A stretch of DNA of 64,000 nt from Verrucomicrobiia bacterium (GCA_035629175.1 DASPIL010000040.1:40255-104254), one strand, 5' to 3'; numbered from the stretch's first letter, positions 19,580 through 29,067 are shown. Numbers and translations: made by a program. The notes: a model not told the origin generated them from the letters alone.

Positions 19580-19966
19580 TTACCACACGTAACACAGCAA
19601 TTCTCCACCAAGATTTTTCTTCCGGGCCGAGTTGCCAGTCATCACGCCTTCCGGCGTGGATACCACGGCAATGCCGAGGCCATTGCGCACGCGTGGAATC
19701 TCAGTGGCACCTACGTAATGACGAAGACCCGGGCGGCTCACACGGCGAATGCCTTCGATGACGCTCTTCTTGCCCTGGTACTTCAACTTCAGCTTCAGGG
19801 TCTTGAATCCCTTGCCGTCCACGGCGACTTCCGCGACATAGCCTTCCTTTTTCAGGATGTGGGCGATGCTCTCCTTCACTTTGGAGTGCGGAATTTCGAC
19901 CGCCGGCAGCAACGCGCGTTGGGCGTTGCGAATGCGGGTCAACATGTCAGAAATCGGGTCGATCAT
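19580..19966 (-). CDS. rpsH: 30S ribosomal protein S8
   Basis: DPISDMLTRIRNA, SRPGLR, GGELLCYVW. Confidence 0.98.
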   Translation of the reverse strand: MIDPISDMLTRIRNAQRALLPAVEIPHSKVKESIAHILKKEGYVAEVAVDGKGFKTLKLKLKYQGKKSVIEGIRRVSRPGLRHYVGATEIPRVRNGLGIAVVSTPEGVMTGNSARKKNLGGELLCYVW

Positions 19967-20052
19967 AAATTCAGATGGAGTCTTGGGTTCCGGCTTTCGC
20001 GAGCATTCCTTCCTGTCGCTCGCCATCCGGGCCCAGTATTCCGTTCATCTTC

Positions 20053-20322
20053 TCACCAGCTCGCCTTCGTCACTCCCGGAACCAGGCCGTTCAATGCGGC
20101 TTCCCGGAACGTCATGCGCGAGCAACCAAACTTTCGCCAGTAGCCGCGGCGGCGGCCGCTCATCGCGCAGCGGTTCACCACGCGCGTTGGGCTGGCATCG
20201 CGAGGGAGTTTCGCAAGGCCGGCGTAATCACGCTTTGCCTTCAGCTCGGCGCGCAACGCCGCATACTTCTTCACCGTTTCCGACTTGCGCTTGTTGCGCT
20301 CCAACCATGATTTCTTCGCCAT
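20053..20322 (-). CDS. rpsN: 30S ribosomal protein S14 (89-aa, zinc-independent form)
   Basis: [20 protein letters not shown]; lacks the four-Cys motif. Confidence 0.98.
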   Translation of the reverse strand: MAKKSWLERNKRKSETVKKYAALRAELKAKRDYAGLAKLPRDASPTRVVNRCAMSGRRRGYWRKFGCSRMTFREAALNGLVPGVTKASW

Positions 20323-20330
20323 AAAAATTC

Positions 20331-20873
20331 TTATTTTTCAGCCAGCGGCATGCCCATCATCTTCAACAACTCCAAGGCTTCTGCATCCGTCTGCGCCGTG
20401 GTCACGATCGTGATGTCCATCCCCTGCGTGCGCTTGATCTTGTCGAGCTCAATTTCAGGGAAGATCGTCTGGTCCGAGACACCAAACGTATAATTGCCGC
20501 GTCCGTCGAATTTCCGGGGTGAGAGGCCGCGGAAATCACGAATGCGGGGCAGTGCCGCCGCAACCAAACGGTCGAAAAACTCGTACATCGCATCCTTGCG
20601 CAACGTCACCCGGCAACCGATCGGCTGGCCTTCGCGCAGTTTGAAGTTCGCAATGCTGTGCCGCGACTTGCTGATGGCGGGCTTGCGGCCTGTAATCGCA
20701 GCGAGATCCTTGGCCGCGTCATCGATCGCACTCTTTTCCAGGGAGGCGCTGACACCCATGTTCACGACGATTTTTTCAAACCGCGGAATCTGATGGACGT
20801 TGCCGTAGTTGTTCTTCGTTCTCAACGCGGGGACCACCTCGTTGACGTATTTTTCGTAAAGTCTGGCTTTCAT
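20331..20873 (-). CDS. rplE: 50S ribosomal protein L5
   Basis: [28 protein letters not shown]. Confidence 0.99.
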   Translation of the reverse strand: MKARLYEKYVNEVVPALRTKNNYGNVHQIPRFEKIVVNMGVSASLEKSAIDDAAKDLAAITGRKPAISKSRHSIANFKLREGQPIGCRVTLRKDAMYEFFDRLVAAALPRIRDFRGLSPRKFDGRGNYTFGVSDQTIFPEIELDKIKRTQGMDITIVTTAQTDAEALELLKMMGMPLAEK

Positions 20874-20935
20874 TTCGTCTTCGTCACGGTGATTGCCGTA
20901 ACTCTAAATTCTTATGCTGCTTAAATTGTCACCAC

Positions 20936-21214
20936 TCAGGCCTTGGCGGGTGCCGCAGCCGAGCGTTTGCCGGCCCGCGCATCAAAGGCATCAGCCTTCA
21001 TCACGTTCGAGATGTGAACGGTACCCTCCCGTGTCACGATCGAGCCCTGCTGGTTCTGTTGCGTGCGGCGTGTGTGGCGCTTGATCATCTGGACGCCTTC
21101 GACAATGACGCGCTGTTTGGCCGCCTCAATGGAGATGACCTTGCCGCGCTTGCCCTTTTCGGCGCCCGCGATCACGACCACTTCATCACCCTTCTTCACA
21201 TGAAATCGTTGCAT
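20936..21214 (-). CDS. rplX: 50S ribosomal protein L24
   Basis: KKGDEVVVIAG.EKGKRG, HISNV. Confidence 0.97.
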   Translation of the reverse strand: MQRFHVKKGDEVVVIAGAEKGKRGKVISIEAAKQRVIVEGVQMIKRHTRRTQQNQQGSIVTREGTVHISNVMKADAFDARAGKRSAAAPAKA

Positions 21215-21216
21215 AC

Positions 21217-21582
21217 TCAAATTACCTCCGGAGCGAGCGAAATGATCTTCATAAACTTCTTCTCGCGCAATTCCCGGGCAACAGGTCCGAAGATGCGAGT
21301 TCCACGCGGATTCAGTTCCTTGTCGATGATGACGATCGCGTTGCTGTCGAAACGCAGATATGAGCCATCGCTGCGACGGATCGCCTGCCTGGTGCGCACA
21401 ATCACTGCATCGACAACGTCGCCCTTCTTGACGGTGCCATCAGGGGCGGCGTCCTTGATGTGTGCCTTGATCACGTCGCCGACGTGGGCATACGTCTGGT
21501 TTTTGCCCAGGACGCCGATTGCCCAGGCGACTTTTGCGCCGGTATTGTCGGCAACATCCAAATGAGAACGAATCTGCAACAT
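21217..21582 (-). CDS. rplN: 50S ribosomal protein L14
   Basis: [27 protein letters not shown]. Confidence 0.99.
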   Translation of the reverse strand: MLQIRSHLDVADNTGAKVAWAIGVLGKNQTYAHVGDVIKAHIKDAAPDGTVKKGDVVDAVIVRTRQAIRRSDGSYLRFDSNAIVIIDKELNPRGTRIFGPVARELREKKFMKIISLAPEVI

Positions 21583-21593
21583 AACGAATTAAA

Positions 21594-21896
21594 TCAGGCG
21601 GCCACCGGTGCAACACCGGAGCTGCGTTCAACCACTTCCACCAGACGCCAGCGTTTCAACTTAGACAGCGGACGCGTCTCCTCAATGCGCACGCGATCGC
21701 CGACCTTTGCCTCGGCCTTTTCATCATGCGCGTAAAATTTCTTATAACCTGTGACCACCTTCTTGAACTTCGGGTGCGGGAAACGGCGTTCCACGCGAAC
21801 CACGATGGTCTTGGTCATCTTGTTAGAAATCACTTCGCCGACGCGTTCCTTGCGATTGCCGCGAGCGAGTTCCAAAGTTTTCGTTTCTTCAGCCAT
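21594..21896 (-). CDS. rpsQ: 30S ribosomal protein S17
   Basis: [23 protein letters not shown]. Confidence 0.98.
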   Translation of the reverse strand: MAEETKTLELARGNRKERVGEVISNKMTKTIVVRVERRFPHPKFKKVVTGYKKFYAHDEKAEAKVGDRVRIEETRPLSKLKRWRLVEVVERSSGVAPVAA

Positions 21897-21981
21897 GTTA
21901 AAATTGTGGTGATGGAGTGAGGGAGTGCTGTGGCCGCGGCGTATGCTTCCGCGCTCCACGCTTCACTGCTTCACTCGCTTT

Positions 21982-22179
21982 TCATGCCGCTTTGCTCCGC
22001 ATTTGGGAAATACGCGTCTCGATGCGTGCGATGTCGCGGCGCAAGGTGCGCAGGCGGGCCGGCTTCTCGAGCTGAGCGCTGGCCTGCTGCAAACGCAGGT
22101 TAAAAATCTCCTGCCGCAGATCACGGCCCTTGGCCGCCAGCTCCACCAGCGACAGGTCTTGAATTTCAGACATCTTCAT
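21982..22179 (-). CDS. rpmC: 50S ribosomal protein L29
   Basis: EIFNLRLQ, LRRDIARIET; canonical position. Confidence 0.97.
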   Translation of the reverse strand: MKMSEIQDLSLVELAAKGRDLRQEIFNLRLQQASAQLEKPARLRTLRRDIARIETRISQMRSKAA

Positions 22180-22193
22180 AAACTCTTTGCCCC

Positions 22194-22616
22194 TTACGCC
22201 GTCGCCTGATGACGGGCGATAAACTTGGTCTTGATCGGCAGCTTGGTCGCGGCGAGCCGCAAGGACTCACGAGCTACCGCTTCGGTCACTCCGTCCACTT
22301 CGAACAACACGTTCGCAGGACGGATCACGGCCACCCAGCCTTCCAGCGGGGCCTTGCCCTTACCCATTCGCGTTTCCAAAGGCTTCTTCGTGAATGACTT
22401 CTGGGGAAACACCCGGATCCACAGTTTTCCGTGGCGCTTCATGTTGCGGGCAATGGCGACGCGGGCGGCTTCGAGCTGCTTGGAATCCATCCAACAACGT
22501 TCGAGGGCCATCAAACCGTATTCGCCGAAAGCCACCGTGCTGCCCCGATAGGCAAGTCCTGCGCGGTTGCCGCGGTGCATCTTCCGAAACTTAACTCTTG
22601 CTGGCTGTAAAGGCAT
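22194..22616 (-). CDS. rplP: 50S ribosomal protein L16
   Basis: QLEAAR, WIRVFP, TRMGKGK, KLPIKT. Confidence 0.99.
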   Translation of the reverse strand: MPLQPARVKFRKMHRGNRAGLAYRGSTVAFGEYGLMALERCWMDSKQLEAARVAIARNMKRHGKLWIRVFPQKSFTKKPLETRMGKGKAPLEGWVAVIRPANVLFEVDGVTEAVARESLRLAATKLPIKTKFIARHQATA

Positions 22617-22638
22617 ATCGAATCTCTCTTCTACAAAG

Positions 22639-23319
22639 TTACTTCACCGGCAATGCTTCCGGTTGCGGAGCGGACGGCTGTTGTGCGCGGGTTGGCTTGT
22701 TCTCGCCCTTGCAGACCCAGCACTTCACACCCAGCTTTCCATAAACGGTCAGTGCCTCAGCAAAACCGTAATCTATGTTGGCGCGCAGCGTGTGCAGCGG
22801 AACCCGGCCCCAATGATATTGTTCAACGCGGGCGAGCTCGGCCCCGCCAAGCCGGCCGGCGCAGCGAATCTTGATGCCCTCGGCACCGAAGTCCTTGGCC
22901 GTCTGCAGCGCCTTCTTCATCGCGCGACGGAACGAAACGCGGCGTTCAAGCTGCAGGGCGACATTCTCGGCAACCAGCTGCGCGTCGGTTTCAGGCTGCT
23001 TGATCTCAACGATGTCAACGTAGATTTCCTTGCCCGTCATCTTGCTGAGCTCTTCCTTGATTTTGTCGATCTCGGCACCTTTTCGGCCGATGACGACGCC
23101 AGGACGGGCTGTCAGGATCGTGATGCGGCAGCGATTCGCGGCGCGCTCGATCAAAATCTTGGGAACAGAGGCGGTCTCGAGCTTTTTCTTCAACAACTCG
23201 CGGATCTGACGGTCCTCCGTCAGCAGCTTGCCGAACTCTTTCTTTCCGGCATACCACTTGGAGCGCCAGTCCTTGTTGACTGCAATGCGGAGACCGACTG
23301 GATTAGTTTTTTGACCCAT
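22639..23319 (-). CDS. rpsC: 30S ribosomal protein S3
   Basis: [28 protein letters not shown]. Confidence 0.99.
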   Translation of the reverse strand: MGQKTNPVGLRIAVNKDWRSKWYAGKKEFGKLLTEDRQIRELLKKKLETASVPKILIERAANRCRITILTARPGVVIGRKGAEIDKIKEELSKMTGKEIYVDIVEIKQPETDAQLVAENVALQLERRVSFRRAMKKALQTAKDFGAEGIKIRCAGRLGGAELARVEQYHWGRVPLHTLRANIDYGFAEALTVYGKLGVKCWVCKGENKPTRAQQPSAPQPEALPVK

Positions 23320-23331
23320 AGCAAATCTGGA

Positions 23332-23664
23332 TTATTCGTCGGTTAAAACGATCTTCACGTGGCAGTTCCGCTTGATGATCGGACCCGCGGATCCGCGGGC
23401 TTTCGGCGTAAAGCGCTTGTAGCTGGTTGCGGTTTGCGCGACGGCTTCCTTGATCACGAGCGCCTCCGGCTTGGCCTGGTTGTTGTTTTCCGCGTTGGCG
23501 ATGGCCGACTTCAATGTCTTGGCCACAAACCGGGCGCCCTTTCGGGGAACCACGGCGAGGACAGCCTGTGCTTGAAGGGCAGGCAATCCCTGAATCTGGC
23601 GCACCACTTCGCGCATCTTCTGCGCGGACATGCGGATGTTTTTCGTAATTGCTTGAACTTGCAT
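23332..23664 (-). CDS. rplV: 50S ribosomal protein L22
   Basis: SAIANAENN, PKARG. Confidence 0.97.
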   Translation of the reverse strand: MQVQAITKNIRMSAQKMREVVRQIQGLPALQAQAVLAVVPRKGARFVAKTLKSAIANAENNNQAKPEALVIKEAVAQTATSYKRFTPKARGSAGPIIKRNCHVKIVLTDE

Positions 23665-23667
23665 AGG

Positions 23668-23949
23668 CTACTTCGCTTCCGCCTTGGCTGTGTGCGCGCC
23701 GTGCTTCTTGAACGTGCGCGTCAGGGAGAATTCACCCAGCCGGTGTCCCACCATGTTTTCCGTTACAAAAACTGGATTGAAAACCTTGCCGTTATGAACG
23801 TTGAAGGTCAGGCCAACGAACTCAGGGGTGATCATCGAACGCCGCGACCAGGTTTTGATCGGCGACTTCGATTTCGTTTCCTTGGCCTTCTGGATCTTGT
23901 CCAGCAGGTGGAAATCTACAAACGGGCCTTTTTTGATGGAGCGTCCCAT
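23668..23949 (-). CDS. rpsS: 30S ribosomal protein S19
   Basis: [23 protein letters not shown]. Confidence 0.99.
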   Translation of the reverse strand: MGRSIKKGPFVDFHLLDKIQKAKETKSKSPIKTWSRRSMITPEFVGLTFNVHNGKVFNPVFVTENMVGHRLGEFSLTRTFKKHGAHTAKAEAK

Positions 23950-23957
23950 ACGGAAAA

Positions 23958-23978
23958 TTACGATTTACGATTTACGAT
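23958..23978. repeat. Perfect heptamer tandem repeat (TTACGAT)x3 between rplB and rpsS
   Basis: ttacgat ttacgat ttacgat read directly. Confidence 0.85.
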
Positions 23979-24004
23979 TGATGTTTCGCCGGTTCGCGTC
24001 AGGC

Positions 24005-24859
24005 CTACTTGTTCTTCATGGGGCGGCCGTCGCGGCGCACCAGAATGAACCGGTTCGAGTATTTCTTCTTCTCCCGCGTGCGATAGCCCTTTGCGATGAG
24101 ACCCCAAGGCGAAGTCAACTGTTGCCAGCCGCCGCCCGATTTCGATTTGCCCGCGCCGCCGCCGTTCGGATGGTCGACTGGATTACGAGCGACACCGCGA
24201 TTGATCGGGCGAATGCCGCGATGGCGCGAGCGGCCCGCCTTGCCCAGGACCACATTCTCGTGCTCGGTATTTCCAACCTGGCCGATCGTGGCGTAGCAGT
24301 TCTCGTGAATTTTGCGAATTTCACCCGAAGGCAAACGCACCTGCGCATAGCCTTCATCGCGCGACATCAGGGTTGCAGCACCACCAGCGGTGCGAACCAT
24401 CTGTCCACCGCGGCCCGGGGTCAATTCAATATTGTGAATGGCGATGCCCACCGGAATCGCCCGCAGCGGAAGTGCATTGCCGATTTCAGGGGGAGCGGAG
24501 GGGCCGCTGGAAAGTTTCGCACCCACCTTCAAACCATTGGGAGCAACGATGTATGCCTTCTCACCGTCCGTATACTGGAGGAGTGCCAGCCGTGCTGTGC
24601 GGCCGGGATCGTATTCGATCGCGGAAACCGTAGCTTCAACACCATGTTTCTGACGCTTAAAATCCACGATGCGGAGTTTCTGCTTATGTCCGCCGCCAAT
24701 GCCACGCGCCGTGGCACGTCCGTAATGATTGCGTCCACCCGTTTTCTTGCGAATCTCAACCAGGCTCTTTTCGGGCTTGGTCTTCGTAATTTCGCTGAAA
24801 TCGGCGAACGTTACGTATCGCGTTGACGGGGTCAACGGTCTAAATGTCTTAACTGGCAT
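24005..24859 (-). CDS. rplB: 50S ribosomal protein L2
   Basis: GGGHK, EYDPGR, GKAGR, NPVDHPNGGG. Confidence 0.99.
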   Translation of the reverse strand: MPVKTFRPLTPSTRYVTFADFSEITKTKPEKSLVEIRKKTGGRNHYGRATARGIGGGHKQKLRIVDFKRQKHGVEATVSAIEYDPGRTARLALLQYTDGEKAYIVAPNGLKVGAKLSSGPSAPPEIGNALPLRAIPVGIAIHNIELTPGRGGQMVRTAGGAATLMSRDEGYAQVRLPSGEIRKIHENCYATIGQVGNTEHENVVLGKAGRSRHRGIRPINRGVARNPVDHPNGGGAGKSKSGGGWQQLTSPWGLIAKGYRTREKKKYSNRFILVRRDGRPMKNK

Positions 24860-24990
24860 AAAATCAAATCAGTTACCAACCAAGTCAGCTACTTGGAGAG
24901 CGGAGCCATCAGTCCTGTCCCGGTTGGGAAATCAGTTATCGGTTCCGCAGGTCACGCTGTCCGTGCCCGGGTCGGGCGAACGGAGCCGGG

Positions 24991-25019
24991 AATATAGGTA
25001 AACACCTCATTCCGTGCAA
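24991..25019 (-). promoter_or_regulatory. Internal sigma70 promoter upstream of rplB
   Basis: Minus strand TTGCAC-N17-TATATT, AT-rich tract upstream (25021-25040), GC-rich discriminator downstream. Confidence 0.75.
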
Positions 25020-25179
25020 TAGATATTTAAAAAAAGTTTGAACCTTTCTCCAACTCGGCAATCTATCGCAAAACCAAACAGGCCGGGCGGTCACAACCCT
25101 CGAAAGTTCCCGCCTTGCCACCCTGGGCTCCTGCTGCATCCACCGCTTCGAGGCAGCATCTACTGGGAACTGCGCCCCG

Positions 25180-25215
25180 AATAAAGAAGCGCGAAGCATT
25201 TCAACTTCGCGCTTC
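25180..25215 (-). terminator. Intrinsic terminator after rplW
   Basis: 11-bp stem GAAGCGCGAAG/CTTCGCGCTTC followed by TTTATT on the minus strand. Confidence 0.7.
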
Positions 25216-25230
25216 CATGAATCAACTCAA

Positions 25231-25512
25231 TCAGGTCAGCGAAATCTTGTCGCCTTCCTTCAGCGTGACGATCGCCTTCTTCCAATTGGAGGACTGGCCT
25301 GCCTGTGCGGTGCGCTGGCGGCGGAATTTGCCGCGAACGTTCAGCGTGTTCACTTTGAGGACTTTGACCTTGAACAATTCCTGGACGGCCGCGCGAATCT
25401 GCGGTTTTGTGGCCCGGCGATCTGCCACAACCGTGTATTGGTTGAAGGAATCACCCTGCCGCGTCCCCTTTTCCGTCAGGCGAACGGTCTTAATTATCTC
25501 GAACGAATTCAT
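25231..25512 (-). CDS. rplW: 50S ribosomal protein L23
   Basis: LTEK, FKVKV.KVNT, WKKAIVTL. Confidence 0.98.
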   Translation of the reverse strand: MNSFEIIKTVRLTEKGTRQGDSFNQYTVVADRRATKPQIRAAVQELFKVKVLKVNTLNVRGKFRRQRTAQAGQSSNWKKAIVTLKEGDKISLT

Positions 25513-25557
25513 AACAGTTTGTTTGCGCTTCTGGCTTTTGGCTTACCGATTCGCCGT

Positions 25558-26184
25558 TCATTCCTTGTTCAAACGCGCGCCGACTTTTTCGAACGCAGAT
25601 TTGGTGAACACCAGCTTGTCGGGCCGCAGAACGTCGTACGTATTCAGCGTGTCGCTGGTCGTTACCGAAACAAACGAGATATTCCGTGACGCGAGTGACA
25701 GGTTCTTGTCCTCGCCGTGCGCAACAACCAGCGTGGTGCCGTCAAGTTGCAGCGCGTTCAACACATTGATGAATTCCTTGGTCTTGGCGGAACCGAGCTT
25801 CAGGTCGTCCACGATCACCACATCTCCCGCCTTCAAGCGCTCACTCAGAGCCTTTCGCAGGGCTAGCTGTTTCGTCTTCGCGTTCACTTTCTTCGAGAAG
25901 TCGCGGGGTTTGGGTCCGAACACCACGCCACCGCCACGCCAAAGCGGAGATGCGAATGAACCGGCGCGCGCGCGGCCGGTGCCCTTCTGACGCCACGGCT
26001 TCTTACCGGTCCCGGCCACTTCACCCATGGTCTTCGTCGATGCCGTTCCGCTGCGCTGCGCCGCCTGATAAGCGACAACCGCGTCGTGAACCGCCTGCGT
26101 GCCACGGCCGTCTTCGATCAGCTGGAAGTTTACCTCCAGCTCGCCCTGGCTTTGTCCTTTGATGTCTTTAACTGTAATCTTCAT
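25558..26184 (-). CDS. rplD: 50S ribosomal protein L4
   Basis: KPWRQKGTGRARAGS, GGGVVFGPKPR. Confidence 0.99.
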   Translation of the reverse strand: MKITVKDIKGQSQGELEVNFQLIEDGRGTQAVHDAVVAYQAAQRSGTASTKTMGEVAGTGKKPWRQKGTGRARAGSFASPLWRGGGVVFGPKPRDFSKKVNAKTKQLALRKALSERLKAGDVVIVDDLKLGSAKTKEFINVLNALQLDGTTLVVAHGEDKNLSLASRNISFVSVTTSDTLNTYDVLRPDKLVFTKSAFEKVGARLNKE

Positions 26185-26197
26185 GGCAACGCCTCAG

Positions 26198-26905
26198 TTA
26201 CTTCTTCTTGTCGGCAGCGGATTTCTTTGTGTCTTTCTTGCCGACGGCTGCCACCGCTGGCTTCCAACCCTTCGGGCGCTTCTTTGATTCGCGAATGATG
26301 ACGTAATCGCCTTCAGCTCCGGGAATCGAGCCTTTGATCAATATCAGGTTCTCAGCTTCGCGGACTTGCACCACCTCGAGATTCTGCGTGGTGCGCTGCA
26401 CCTGGCCCAGGTGACCGGGCATCTTCATGCCCCTCATGACGGTTCCGGGAAACAGGCGCTGGCCGATGGCGCCGGAGCGGCGATGCCACCCTTTTGCGCC
26501 GTGCGTTGAATCACCCCCGCGGAATCCGTGGCGGGCGACAACACCTTCAAAACCGCGGCCCTTGGTGACGCCGATCGCGTCAATGTAATCGCCCGGGGCG
26601 AACAGGTTTGGTCCAAGCACATCGCCCGCTTTAACTTCCTTGGAGAAGTTGCGGAATTCCTTGATGCGCTTCACAGCAACGCCGTTGTGCTTCTTGATGT
26701 GGCCGATAAGCGGCTTGGCAAGGCGTTGTTCCTTCTGGTCATCAAAGCCGAGCTGCACGGCGTTATAGCCGTCCTTGCTCGCCTGTGTTTTGACCTGAAG
26801 CACGCGGTTCGGCCCTGCGAGCACGACGGTGACGGGAATCAACACACCGTTTGCGTCATAAACGCGGGTGTGGCCGAGTTTCTTTCCTAAAAGTCCAATT
26901 GGCAT
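26198..26905 (-). CDS. rplC: 50S ribosomal protein L3
   Basis: GKKLG, DGYNAVQLG, KGRGFEG, MPGHLG. Confidence 0.99.
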   Translation of the reverse strand: MPIGLLGKKLGHTRVYDANGVLIPVTVVLAGPNRVLQVKTQASKDGYNAVQLGFDDQKEQRLAKPLIGHIKKHNGVAVKRIKEFRNFSKEVKAGDVLGPNLFAPGDYIDAIGVTKGRGFEGVVARHGFRGGDSTHGAKGWHRRSGAIGQRLFPGTVMRGMKMPGHLGQVQRTTQNLEVVQVREAENLILIKGSIPGAEGDYVIIRESKKRPKGWKPAVAAVGKKDTKKSAADKKK

Positions 26906-26911
26906 AACAGC

Positions 26912-27220
26912 TCAGATCTTAATGGTGATGTCCACACCGGCCGGCAGGTTGAGCTTCTTCAGCTCGTCCACGGTCTTCGCGGTCGGCTCGATGATATCGA
27001 TGAGCCGTTTATGGGTGCGTTGTTCGAAAGTTTCCTGCGACTTCTTGTCAGAGTGCGGAGAGCGTTGAACTGTGAAGCGTTCGACGCGTGTGGGAAGCGG
27101 GATCGGTCCTGCGACGCGGGCGCCTGTGCGCTTTACCGTGTCCGCGATGTCGCGGGCGGATTGGTCAATGACACGATGGTCAAAGGCCTTAAGGCGAATA
27201 CGAATACGTTGTCCAGCCAT
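26912..27220 (-). CDS. rpsJ: 30S ribosomal protein S10
   Basis: [26 protein letters not shown]. Confidence 0.99.
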   Translation of the reverse strand: MAGQRIRIRLKAFDHRVIDQSARDIADTVKRTGARVAGPIPLPTRVERFTVQRSPHSDKKSQETFEQRTHKRLIDIIEPTAKTVDELKKLNLPAGVDITIKI

Positions 27221-27278
27221 ACAAAGAACAATTGTCTGTTAATGGTTAAGTCCGCCTCAGGTTCCGAAGCGGGCGTGA

Positions 27279-27306
27279 AATATAGCAATGAGCTTTTTCA
27301 GTGCAA
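27279..27306 (-). promoter_or_regulatory. sigma70 promoter of rpsJ
   Basis: Minus strand TTGCAC-N16-TATATT with TGn extension. Confidence 0.72.
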
Positions 27307-27395
27307 TACGTTTTTCGAAGAATTTTGTGGAACTATCCGAAGCGCATGTTTTCACCTGTCAGCGCCGTTGCTGACGGGCACGCGCGTCCCGGTTC

Positions 27396-27428
27396 AAAGA
27401 AAAAGAGCGAAGCCGCAGCCTCGCTCTT
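27396..27428 (-). terminator. Intrinsic terminator after rplS
   Basis: AAGAGCGA/TCGCTCTT stem with a T-rich tail on the minus strand. Confidence 0.7.
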
Positions 27429-27449
27429 GCGCTTGAATCCAAAAAGAAA

Positions 27450-27830
27450 TCAGGCCTTTGCTGCCGCTGGTTGCGCTTTCGCGGTCTTTTCCTTCACCAG
27501 CGTTGCACCCTTGCCTAGCCGCTTGCGCAGATAAGTAAGCTTCGCGCGGCGCACGGATCCTTGCCGCTCGACATCAATCTTGTCGACGCGCGGCGAATGC
27601 AGCGGAAACACGCGCTCCACTCCTTCGCCATAGCTGATGCGGCGAACAGTGAAAGTCTCGTTAAGGCCGCGACCGCGCTTGCCAATCACCACGCCCGAGA
27701 AAATCTGAATGCGCTCCTTGTCACCTTCCACGACCTTCGTGTGAACGCGAACGGAATCGCCCACTTCAAACTTCGCATCATCCTTGCGAAACTGTTCTGA
27801 TTCGATTTTTTCTTGTAATGCCTGATTCAT
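27450..27830 (-). CDS. rplS: 50S ribosomal protein L19
   Basis: [36 protein letters not shown]. Confidence 0.98.
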   Translation of the reverse strand: MNQALQEKIESEQFRKDDAKFEVGDSVRVHTKVVEGDKERIQIFSGVVIGKRGRGLNETFTVRRISYGEGVERVFPLHSPRVDKIDVERQGSVRRAKLTYLRKRLGKGATLVKEKTAKAQPAAAKA

Positions 27831-27862
27831 AAAGTCACTCGTTTCATTTCTGGCCGCTGCAT

Positions 27863-28534
27863 TCAGCTGCCCGTTAAATCCGGTCTGCGCGTCTTTGTAC
27901 GTGTCGCCGCCTGCTCGGCCCGCCACTTCGCGATTTCCGCGTGATTTCCCGATAGGAGCACGTCTGGAACTCTCATGCCGCGGAACTCTGCCGGCCGCGT
28001 CCACTGCGGATACTCCAGCAACCCGTGGCTGAACGATTCGTCTTTTGAACTATCCGCATCGCCCAACGCTCCCGGGAGCAACCGCGTCACCGCATCAATC
28101 ACGACCATCGCCGGCAGTGCTCCATTCGTCAGCACATAATCGCCGATCGATAACTCGTCGTCCGCGAGCTCCTCGCGAATGCGTTCATCAAATCCCTCAT
28201 AATGGCCCGTAACAATCAGCAGATCGTCGAGCAGAGCCATCTCCCGTGCGATTGCCTGCGTGAACGGGCGGCCGGATGGCGACATTAAAATCACCCGCGT
28301 TTCCTGCCGCGCAATCGCTTCCACCGCTTCAAAAATCGGTTCGGGCTTTAACAGCATCCCAGGCCCGCCGCCAAACGGGCGATCGTCCACGGTCTTATGC
28401 CGGTCGTGCGTGAAATCCCGCAACTGGTGAATCGTCAGGTCCAGCAACCCGGCTTCCCGCGCACGCCTGACAATGCTTTCATCAAGCGGCCCGGCGAACA
28501 TCGCCGGAAACAGAGTCAGGACATCAATTTTCAC
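27863..28534 (-). CDS. trmD: tRNA (guanine37-N1)-methyltransferase
   Basis: [31 protein letters not shown]. Confidence 0.98.
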   Translation of the reverse strand: MKIDVLTLFPAMFAGPLDESIVRRAREAGLLDLTIHQLRDFTHDRHKTVDDRPFGGGPGMLLKPEPIFEAVEAIARQETRVILMSPSGRPFTQAIAREMALLDDLLIVTGHYEGFDERIREELADDELSIGDYVLTNGALPAMVVIDAVTRLLPGALGDADSSKDESFSHGLLEYPQWTRPAEFRGMRVPDVLLSGNHAEIAKWRAEQAATRTKTRRPDLTGS

Positions 28535-28566
28535 AGGGCATCCGCTCGAAGCGCGAGCGGCGAAAC

Positions 28567-28806
28567 CTACGCCCGGTCTTCCACAATTTCCAACGTGCAG
28601 CGCACCCCGTTTTTCGCGCTTCCCGCCAGCAGTAACGAACGGATCGCATTGATCGTCATGCCCTGCCGGCCAATGATTTTGCCAACGTCTTTTGGATCCA
28701 GCCGCAGCTCATAAATCGTAGTGCCCTCCTTCTCCACCGGAGTCACCGTCACCGCGTCCGGGTTCTGCACGAGCCCCCTGACGATGTATTCGAGAAAGGC
28801 TTGCAT
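28567..28806 (-). CDS. khpA: KH-domain RNA-binding protein (KhpA/YlqC)
   Basis: [15 protein letters not shown]; position after rpsP. Confidence 0.92.
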   Translation of the reverse strand: MQAFLEYIVRGLVQNPDAVTVTPVEKEGTTIYELRLDPKDVGKIIGRQGMTINAIRSLLLAGSAKNGVRCTLEIVEDRA

Positions 28807-28818
28807 TCCCCGGCAGGG

Positions 28819-29067
28819 TTAAGCTGCAGGTTTGCCAGCCTTCTTGATGAAGCTCGCGACGGTGTCGCTCGGCTGCGCGCCCTTGCTGATCCAGTAATTG
28901 GCGCGGTCCATGTTCAAAGTGAAATTGTCACCCTGCTTCAACGGGTGATAAACGCCGATTTCCTCGATGAATTTGCCATCGCGGGGACTCCGGCTGTCGG
29001 CCACGACAATGCGGAACACCGGAGTGTTCTTCGCGCCGATGCGCTTCATGCGAATTTTAACTGACAT
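28819..29067 (-). CDS. rpsP: 30S ribosomal protein S16
   Basis: [30 protein letters not shown]. Confidence 0.98.
   Translation of the reverse strand: MSVKIRMKRIGAKNTPVFRIVVADSRSPRDGKFIEEIGVYHPLKQGDNFTLNMDRANYWISKGAQPSDTVASFIKKAGKPAA

Noticed and set aside
24936..25199. 87-aa minus-strand ORF in the rplW-rplB gap
   Set aside because: No recognisable motifs; it overlaps the predicted terminator and promoter, so the gap is better explained as regulatory
12333..25990. Many long plus-strand ORFs opposite ribosomal genes (e.g. 13421..14410, 15650..16702, 23801..24826)
   Set aside because: All lie antisense to unambiguous conserved genes
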